NCBI GenBank assembly: GCA_041946805.1
Contig: JBHGBC010000074.1
Span: 1-28,066 of the forward strand
DNA length: 28,066 nucleotides
DNA from: a bacterium
Lineage (GTDB): Bacteria; Hinthialibacterota; Hinthialibacteria; Hinthialibacterales; Hinthialibacteraceae
Direction of reading: 5' to 3'
Part shown: positions 21,199 through 28,066 of the stretch, piece by piece
Position numbering within the stretch: the stretch's first letter is position 1
Layout: each line of letters begins with the position of its first letter
Notes under the pieces: generated by a model
Database searches by the model: none
Told to the model about the DNA's origin: nothing
What the model saw: the letters and a program-made list of their open reading frames with translations, nothing else
Translations under genes and position numbers: made by a program

Positions 21199-21374
21199 CA
21201 CTCGATCCGGCTCCTTTTCCCTATTCATTCCTTCCAGAGTGGATGTGCCTAGAATAACATCCCTGCGGGGGATGAATGGGAAAAGCCGAAGGCGGCAGCC
21301 TATGGTTTCGCAATAAAATACGTATCTATTCCCCCGATTGCACAGCCATAGAGGCTGAATCGCGCCCTTCCACG

Positions 21375-21480
21375 TTTTCCCTCACCCTGAGGGAGAGGGG
21401 ATTCGGGTGGCTCTCTCCCACCCGTCAAATCGATGGCCAGTCACGCTCCCGGAAAAATGTACGCACTTATCGGATGAGCC
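21375..21480 (+). mobile_element. MITE-like element copy F, right part (left end unclear, perhaps ~21230)
   Basis: Internally deleted palindrome TTTTCCCTCACCCT-GAGGGAGAGGGG (21375-21400); TIR GTACGCACTTATCGGATGAGCC at 21459-21480. Confidence 0.7.
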
Positions 21481-21492
21481 CGGATTGCCTTT

Positions 21493-23058
21493 TTATGGCC
21501 AATACGCCTTCCGCCATTGTTCGAACCATTCCATCACCTTGGCGTCATCGAAACGGTAATGATAGCCCCAGGTGGGTTCCTTCAAGATCCGCATGGCGGC
21601 CCAGGACTGTCCGTATATCGCGCCGAGACAAAAGAGGAAGCCCACGAGGAGGACTCCAAAATTCACCAGGCCGAAGCGGGGGAACGGCTTCGGTGGAGCC
21701 TGATCCGATTCCAACGGCCAAGTCAACACCAGCAGCGTGCACAGGCAGGCGTTGAGATGGATAATCCCCTCCGTGATCATCCGTTGCGGATCGAAGGGCA
21801 GATAGCGGGACAGGTTGCCGATCACGATCCACCACAGGAATACGAGAAACAGGGCCTGCCCTTTTCCCAGCCAGGTGGCGGGAATCACGGACAAGGGAAT
21901 CTTCTGATGGCGGACAATCACGAAAATCACCGTCAAGGCCACGGCCAGATAGGCAAGGTTGAACCACCAAGCGGCGGAATGGCCATACCAGGCCACGGGC
22001 AGCACATGATTGGGCAGCCAGACCGATTCCAGGTTTTTGCGGATATTGAGAAACGGGATCACTAGCAGAACGAATCCCACGGAAAAGACTTCAGTCCAAT
22101 ACCGGACGGGCGGTTCGTCCGGAACGGCGGGCAGGCGTTTGGACAAGAAGATCATGGCCACCGCCACGCCGATGCCGGAAATCAGGCCGAAGGTCTGCTC
22201 CATCACGCTGTGCCAATTGGCCACGATCCCGGTGGATACGCCGAGCAGCTTGATCAGTTCGGCGGTGGAGAATCCCAATCCCGCGAAGAAAGCGGTCACC
22301 AACCCGGCGAACACCACGGGCGTGAGTCCCTTGCGCCACAGAAAAAGGAACAGGGCCACGGTCATGCCCAGGCATCCCGCCCAGTTGTCTCCGCGGGGCG
22401 GCGTCATGCGGATGCCCAATCCCACCACGAGCAGCAAAAACGCCAGCCACCAACCCGCGGCCATGCACAGAATCAGGTGGGAGCCGAAGCAAAACCGACC
22501 ACGGATGAATCCCAGCGTGGCCACGGCGGTCACCGCCAGCAAGGCAGCCAGCCAGTCGGTGTCGTACCAGTTGAAGGCGTCCTCCTTCAGCAGCCCCGAT
22601 TCGAACGCCAAAAACTGCAATGTCCAAACCAACAGCACGGCGCTCAGCGGGTAAAACAGTTCCGTCAGCCGTTCCCGGTCCAAAAACGCGGGCAGCGCGG
22701 TCCCCGACCCGCCGATCGCGCCCCAGAGGAATCCGATCGCGAACAGGCAGGCAAATCCGTACAGCACGCTGGGCCAGCTGGCCGAGTGAGTGTAGCCCAG
22801 CACCATCCCATACGACATGGAGCCTCCGAACGACCACCCCAGCGCCCCGAAAAACGCGAAATAGGCTACCCGGCGCCGCCAGTCTTCCCTGCCCGACAAG
22901 AGGCAGGCGGCCATGGCCGCCAAGGCCCCCGGGATCATCGCTCCGAATTCATGGCCCCAGTTGCCCCGCACCCCCCAGCCGATGGATAGCGACAAGGCTG
23001 ACAGGTAGAGGATCCCTCTCGACAATCCCGCCGTGGTTCCGGTTCCGGTTCTGGTCAT
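21493..23058 (-). CDS. Unknown polytopic inner-membrane protein, Gly/Trp-rich
   Basis: More than a dozen hydrophobic segments; AAGGAG upstream of ATG 23058 (alternative starts 23085, 23187). Confidence 0.8.
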   Translation of the reverse strand: MTRTGTGTTAGLSRGILYLSALSLSIGWGVRGNWGHEFGAMIPGALAAMAACLLSGREDWRRRVAYFAFFGALGWSFGGSMSYGMVLGYTHSASWPSVLYGFACLFAIGFLWGAIGGSGTALPAFLDRERLTELFYPLSAVLLVWTLQFLAFESGLLKEDAFNWYDTDWLAALLAVTAVATLGFIRGRFCFGSHLILCMAAGWWLAFLLLVVGLGIRMTPPRGDNWAGCLGMTVALFLFLWRKGLTPVVFAGLVTAFFAGLGFSTAELIKLLGVSTGIVANWHSVMEQTFGLISGIGVAVAMIFLSKRLPAVPDEPPVRYWTEVFSVGFVLLVIPFLNIRKNLESVWLPNHVLPVAWYGHSAAWWFNLAYLAVALTVIFVIVRHQKIPLSVIPATWLGKGQALFLVFLWWIVIGNLSRYLPFDPQRMITEGIIHLNACLCTLLVLTWPLESDQAPPKPFPRFGLVNFGVLLVGFLFCLGAIYGQSWAAMRILKEPTWGYHYRFDDAKVMEWFEQWRKAYWP

Positions 23059-23306
23059 CGGCTGACAGGTCTCCTTTTCACCCATATGGTTTATACCCGC
23101 ACTCGTATGCCGGAATGCGGATCGATCATCCTTCCTATGATTGATATCAGGTTGGACGATCATATCATAAGGATAGGGACTTACCATCCATCATCAACAT
23201 GAAAACCGCTTCACCGGACACCGGTTGTGAATTCGAACGCATGGTACTGGCGTGATAACATTTTTATATTATTCGATTTAAATGAAGGTTCTTCAAAATG
23301 ATTTGA

Positions 23307-23514
23307 GGTTCATCTCATAACTGCGTACTTATATAACAGGCGCGGCCGGCATCGAACCGGCTAGATCCACATGAAAACCAACACCAATCCCTTATCCCTG
23401 GAGGAAGGATTGGAGTGAGGGATTGTTGAAAAAACGGGCCTCGTTGTCCATCCGGCTAGAGGAAGGGGATAGAATCTCTTTTGCATTATCAATGACGAAG
23501 TTGCCGGATGGACT
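23307..23514 (-). mobile_element. MITE-like element copy G (degenerate)
   Basis: TIR-like GGTTCATCTCATAACTGCGTAC (23307-23328) and TGACGAAGTTGCCGGATGGACT (23493-23514); eroded palindrome 23384-23422. Confidence 0.6.
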
Positions 23515-23785
23515 TTTTTCAACATCACAGACATCATCAGCCGGGAACAGCCTCCTGGGTGCAGAGCCTCCTTCCCAGAAACGCCGAACCATCCGCGCCG
23601 GAATCCGCCAGGTAAATCCAAACCAATATTATGAGAACCCTTGTCTGGACAGGGGGTTTTCAATAGGATTAGGGTTCATCTTGTTACGGCCTGTTGTGAT
23701 CCAGTTGCTACACGAAGAAGAAATACAGCCTTCCCGAATCCGGTACAAACCATTTTGCGAAACTACCCGCATGGGAGGAAAAGGC

Positions 23786-25099
23786 ATGGCGACGTTACGT
23801 GAAACAATGGCCCGCAGGCTCCCCATCTTTCGCGAACAACGGGCGTTTCTGGCCAAGAAATACGCGGATGTGAAGGTGTGCGACGTGACCGTCGGCCAGA
23901 TCTACGGCGGCATGCGCGGCATACTCGGCCTGGTCACCGACACCTCGTCCGTGGAACCCGACACCGGCTTGATCATCCGGGGGATTCCCATCAAGCAGTT
24001 AACGGACAAACTGCCGGAAGAGATACTATTCTTGCTGCTGACCAGCAAACTCCCGGATGAGGAAGCGATCAAGGACCTGCAAGCCGAATTGAACCAGCGC
24101 AGCGAAGTGCCGGGCTACGTGTGGGATGTGTTGAACGCCATGCCCGCCGACTCCCATCCCATGACCATGATCAGCACCGCGATTCTGGTCATGCAGCGGG
24201 AATCGCGTTTCGCCGCGGAGTACGAAGAGGGTATGCCCAAGGAGGAATTCTGGAAACCCGCCCTGGAGGATTCGTTGAACATCATCTCCCGCCTGCCGGA
24301 TATCGCGGGCTACATTTACCGGAAACGCTTCAACAAAGGTCCCCGGATTGCTCCCGATCCCAACCTGGATTGGGGCGCGAACGTGGCCCGGACCCTCGGC
24401 CTGCCGGATCCGGACAGGCGGTTCACGAAACTGATCCGGCTCTATCTGACGCTGCATTCCGATCACGAGGGAGGCAATGTCTCGGCCTTCACCAGCCGCA
24501 CGATCGGCTCCGCTCTGTCGGATATCTACTATGCGCTTTCGGGAGGGCTCAATGGCCTGGCCGGCCCCCTGCACGGCCTGGCCAACCAGGAATGCCTCCG
24601 CTGGGTTCTGATGCTGCGGGATAAGTTCGGCGGCATTCCCACCGACGAACAACTGCGCCAGTTCGCCTGGGAAACGCTCAACAGCAACCAGGTGATCCCC
24701 GGCTACGGACATGCCGTGCTGCGAGTGACCGATCCGCGTTTCGAAGCGCTGTATGAATTTGGCTTGAAACACTGCGCGGACGACGAAATTTTCCAGATCG
24801 CGGCGAAGATCTTCCAGGTGGTTCCCGGCGTGCTGCAACAGGTCCACAAAATCCGGGATCCGTGGCCGAACGTGGACGCCATCTCCGGTTCCTTGTTCTA
24901 TCATTTCGGTTTGACCGAACACCCCTACTACACCACCTTGTTCGGCGTGGCGCGGGCCTTGGGCATCTGCGCGCAATACATCATCGCCCGCGGCGTGGGA
25001 CGGCCCATCACCCGGCCGAAATCCATTACCTCCGATTGGCTCATCCAATACATCGAGAAAGCTACGGGAGATACAATTCCCCGGCCGGTGCTGGATTAA
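23786..25099 (+). CDS. gltA: Citrate synthase, eukaryote-like type
   Basis: GGAGG RBS; YGGMRG, HSDHEGGNVSA, NGLAGPLHGLANQE, PGYGHAVLRVTDPR, PWPNVDA. Confidence 0.94.
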   Translation: MATLRETMARRLPIFREQRAFLAKKYADVKVCDVTVGQIYGGMRGILGLVTDTSSVEPDTGLIIRGIPIKQLTDKLPEEILFLLLTSKLPDEEAIKDLQAELNQRSEVPGYVWDVLNAMPADSHPMTMISTAILVMQRESRFAAEYEEGMPKEEFWKPALEDSLNIISRLPDIAGYIYRKRFNKGPRIAPDPNLDWGANVARTLGLPDPDRRFTKLIRLYLTLHSDHEGGNVSAFTSRTIGSALSDIYYALSGGLNGLAGPLHGLANQECLRWVLMLRDKFGGIPTDEQLRQFAWETLNSNQVIPGYGHAVLRVTDPRFEALYEFGLKHCADDEIFQIAAKIFQVVPGVLQQVHKIRDPWPNVDAISGSLFYHFGLTEHPYYTTLFGVARALGICAQYIIARGVGRPITRPKSITSDWLIQYIEKATGDTIPRPVLD

Positions 25100-25129
25100 A
25101 CCTCTTTCCGGATTCATCCAAGAATCGAA

Positions 25130-25162
25130 TCCCCCCTCTTCCGGATACCGGAGAGGGGGGGA
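25130..25162. terminator. Stem-loop between convergent genes (possible bidirectional terminator)
   Basis: CCCCCCTCTTCCGG-ATA-CCGGAGAGGGGGG; second imperfect hairpin at ~25186-25227; U-tracts weak. Confidence 0.45.
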
Positions 25163-25216
25163 GATTTCAGCGGAAAATCCAGGATGGCAGGGATGGGGGA
25201 AAGACCAGCCCCCTCT

Positions 25217-26143
25217 TCATTCCTGCCCGGCTAGTGTGTCCCCCGGGCCGAAAATGAGTTTCAGCGCCTCGTCGAACGGTGTGAATTTCACCGCATGAGC
25301 CGCTTGCACGCGGGCGCTGTCGAGCGAGACATCCTGGGGCCGCGGGCAGCCGGTATCGGCCTCCGCCTGCGTGATGGAACGCATCAGCGCGGGATCATAC
25401 CCCCGGACCGCGGCCAGACGCCGTCCGATCTCCAGCCGCGACAGCCTCTCCGGACCGCCCACGTGATAAATCCGGTGCTGCCCCACCCGTTCCACCAGCG
25501 ACGTGACCGCCGCCACCACGTCGCCGACATACACGGGAGTCCGGTATTCATCCGCAAACAGGTTCAACGGTTCCCCTTGGATCAGCGTCTGATCCATCCA
25601 TTGCAGAAACGATCCCCTGCCGATGGCCGTGGGTGCGCCGTAGAGAATAGCCGGGCGGACGATGACGTGGTTCTTCCACAACCGCTGCACCGCTTGTTCG
25701 GCCATGCGCTTGGTCTTGCCATAAAAATTCACCGGAGCGGGTTCGTCGGTTTCCGTATAGGGTGCGTGGTTGCCATCGAACACCAGGTCGGTCGAAATGT
25801 AGATCAACAGCGGCTTGGAATCCGGCAGGCACCGGATCAACCGCTCCGTGCCGGTGACGTTCACCCCGACGGCCTTTTCATGCGCGCGTTCGCATTCGGC
25901 GGTATCCGCCAGGGCCGCGGCATGGATCACGATTTCCGGATCGGCCTCCCGCACGCACGGTTCAATGCTGGAGGGATGGAGAAAGTTGACCGGATAACCC
26001 TGACACCGCGGGATTTGCACCCGCCGCGTGGCATAGGTATACGAAACGTCATGCAGTTTCGCCAGATGCTTCACCAGATGCCATCCCAGAAACCCGCTGC
26101 CCCCGGTGACCAAAATCCGTTTGCGGTGGCTGGTGTAGATCAT
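25217..26143 (-). CDS. RmlD-like (dTDP-4-dehydrorhamnose reductase family) SDR
   Basis: ILVTGGSGFLG, HAAA, ISTDLVFDG, YGKTK (YxxxK), RTPVYV, RPQDVSLD. Confidence 0.88.
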   Translation of the reverse strand: MIYTSHRKRILVTGGSGFLGWHLVKHLAKLHDVSYTYATRRVQIPRCQGYPVNFLHPSSIEPCVREADPEIVIHAAALADTAECERAHEKAVGVNVTGTERLIRCLPDSKPLLIYISTDLVFDGNHAPYTETDEPAPVNFYGKTKRMAEQAVQRLWKNHVIVRPAILYGAPTAIGRGSFLQWMDQTLIQGEPLNLFADEYRTPVYVGDVVAAVTSLVERVGQHRIYHVGGPERLSRLEIGRRLAAVRGYDPALMRSITQAEADTGCPRPQDVSLDSARVQAAHAVKFTPFDEALKLIFGPGDTLAGQE

Positions 26144-26970
26144 GCCGTTTCCCCTGTCCCTGGTTCCCCGGACTTCTCCCGCTCCAGACGCTTGGCCTCA
26201 TCCCACAGAGCATCCATTTCTTCCAACGTGGCTTCTTCCAGCCGCCGGTTCCGTTTTTGGAGCTCCCGCTCGATATATTGAAACCGCCGAATGAATTTCT
26301 GATTGGTTTTCGAAAGCGCCTGGCCGGGATCTGTGTCCACATAGCGGGAGACGTTGACCAGGGCGAAGAACAAGTCCCCCAATTCCTCTTCCATGCGCTG
26401 CCGGTGCTCTTCGTTCCGGGCCTGGCGGAACTCCCGCCATTCCTCCTCGAATTTCAAAAACACTTCCTCGATTTCCCGCCAGTCGAAACCCGCCCGGGAT
26501 ACGCGTTCCTGGATCTGATGCGCCTGCATGAGAGGGGGCAAGCTTTTGGGAACGCCATCGAGAATGGAGGTCCGTTCGGGTTTTTCCTTCTTCTTGTTCT
26601 GCTCCCACTGGCGCAGGACCGCCTGGGCGTCCTCGGCGGTCTGGTCCCCAAAGACATGGGGGTGACGCCGGATCAGCTTGTCGCAAATCGCATCGAGCAC
26701 ATCCTGGATGGTGAAACGGCCTTCCTCTTCCGCGATGCGGGCGTGGAAGACCACTTGCAACAGGACATCCCCGCATTCCTCGATCAGGGCCTTGTCATCG
26801 CGGCTGTCGATGCTGTCGATCAGTTCGTAGGCTTCCTCGATCAGGTATTTCTTGAGCGAGTCATGGGTCTGCTCATGGTCCCAGGGACAGCCGTCCGGTG
26901 AACGGAGCCGGGCCATGATCCGGACCAGTTCGAGGAACTTTGCGGCCACCGCGCCGTGGTTTTCATCCAT
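26140..26970 (-). CDS. mazG: Nucleoside triphosphate pyrophosphohydrolase (tandem-domain)
   Basis: LRSPDGCPWD, EEAYE, EECGDVLLQVVFH, KLIRRHPHVFG, EEELGDLFF, KFIRRF; AAGGA RBS before ATG 26970. Confidence 0.95.
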   Translation of the reverse strand: MDENHGAVAAKFLELVRIMARLRSPDGCPWDHEQTHDSLKKYLIEEAYELIDSIDSRDDKALIEECGDVLLQVVFHARIAEEEGRFTIQDVLDAICDKLIRRHPHVFGDQTAEDAQAVLRQWEQNKKKEKPERTSILDGVPKSLPPLMQAHQIQERVSRAGFDWREIEEVFLKFEEEWREFRQARNEEHRQRMEEELGDLFFALVNVSRYVDTDPGQALSKTNQKFIRRFQYIERELQKRNRRLEEATLEEMDALWDEAKRLEREKSGEPGTGETA

Positions 26971-27050
26971 TGGTTTTCCTTCGCTTCGTTTCGTATATAA
27001 TACCCATGGATTCTTTCCCATCAACATGAACCGGCGGAGAGATACGATTC

Positions 27051-27710
27051 GTGACCCCAACCAGCCGGCGGTTTGTCCTCTTTATGTTGCTATTTTGTTC
27101 CCTGCCCGGCTCCGGCATGCCTGCGTGGCCTGACCTGGTCATCTTTCATAACGGCGATTTCCGGTATGGGGAAGTGACCGAGCTCCCCAATCAGGAGATT
27201 TCCCTGATGGAAGACGGAATCACGCGCCGCTACAAGAAGCCGCAAATCCGCGAAATCATCAAGGGGATCAACAAGCCCGCTCCCGGGGAGGTGGTCACCG
27301 CCACCGGTTTCGTCCATGCCGCCACGGCGGAGCTCATGGCCGTCACGGGAGCGGCCACCCACCGGACCCGGTTCAAGGACGGTTCGGGAAAAGAGATCGT
27401 GCTGGACGTGGAAGACGGCTTCGAGGTTCCCCGGGTGCGGATGTGGCGGTCGCGGTATCCGTTCTTCCAGAGGCAGGGTTGTTTCATCGCCGGCGTGCTG
27501 GTGAATTCCACCACGAAAACCTGGAGCAATACCACTTTCCGGGCCACGTTGTATGACGAAAAGGACAAAGTGCTGGCTTCCAGGGATTTTTACGTCTTCC
27601 GGCTTCCTCCCGGCACGCCCCAAAAACCCGGGATGCGGAAATTCGAACTCGATTTTCCCGATACGCCCAATCCGCAGGTGACGCGCATACGGGTGGTGCG
27701 GTGTTTTTAA
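27051..27710 (+). CDS. Exported hypothetical protein with C-terminal FxLYD-like Ig domain
   Basis: Signal-like N-terminus; DLVIFHNGDFRYGEV beta module; IAGVLVNST...FRATLYDEKDKVL. Confidence 0.7.
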   Translation: MTPTSRRFVLFMLLFCSLPGSGMPAWPDLVIFHNGDFRYGEVTELPNQEISLMEDGITRRYKKPQIREIIKGINKPAPGEVVTATGFVHAATAELMAVTGAATHRTRFKDGSGKEIVLDVEDGFEVPRVRMWRSRYPFFQRQGCFIAGVLVNSTTKTWSNTTFRATLYDEKDKVLASRDFYVFRLPPGTPQKPGMRKFELDFPDTPNPQVTRIRVVRCF

Positions 27711-27729
27711 GGGAAAAGTGCGTCTGAAT

Positions 27730-27840
27730 CAGGATGGTCTGGATGAACAGGATGACCAGGATGGAGGAGGCATGGAGTGAGGCGCGGAGGGGGTGGTTTG
27801 AACCACGGATGACACGGATAAGGGATGGATGGCACGGAGA
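27730..27840 (+). repeat. 9-bp tandem repeats (CAGGATGxx x4; CACGGATxA x2-3)
   Basis: caggatggt-ctggatgaa-caggatgac-caggatgga at 27730-27765; cacggatga-cacggataa at 27804-27821. Confidence 0.7.
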
Positions 27841-27891
27841 AAAGACAAGGGATAGAGATAATGCGCAGGTAGGGAGGTGGATGCGTGGTGT

Positions 27892-28010
27892 AAGGCTTTC
27901 CCTCACCCTAACCCTCTCCCAGAGGGGAGGAAAAGAAAGAGGTGGAGTCAGTTGTTTGAATCAGGGTGGGCAGGATAATCCCCTCACCCCCGGCCCCTCT
28001 CCCAGAGGGG
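27892..28010 (+). repeat. Two free CCCTCACC palindrome copies
   Basis: 27892-27930 and 27980-28010, both with an incomplete right arm. Confidence 0.75.
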
Positions 28011-28066
28011 CTACTCTCCGCACACATTCTTTCTACGGGCCTAAAGAAGTGGCGATCTGCCAGCCG

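Overview
High-GC bacterial housekeeping region with about 20 genes and no rRNA, tRNA, CRISPR array or transposase. Genes: a NarL-type two-component pair, polyprenyl synthase, moeA-mutM, a degenerate PilZ-like gene, ligA, an orphan Pro/Thr-rich gene behind a near-consensus sigma54 promoter, a secreted TIM-barrel glycoside-hydrolase-like protein, divergent nfi and mfd, an amino-acid racemase, a Tat-signal aldo/keto reductase, a DUF218/YdcF gene, yjbQ, an unknown multi-TM protein, a eukaryote-type citrate synthase, mazG coupled to an RmlD-like SDR, and an FxLYD-type exported protein. The most distinctive signal is intergenic: about 7 copies of a 200-270 bp MITE-like element with 22-bp terminal inverted repeats (GGYTCATCCGGCAAGTGCGTAC). 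Each carries a CCCTCACC...GAGAGGG palindrome, about 58-64 bp from one end where measurable, plus a variable slot holding different REP-like palindromes. Free palindrome copies, 9-bp CAGGAT/CACGGAT tandem repeats and a possible IS end interrupting a palindrome also occur. All calls come from motif recognition by eye; no searches were run.
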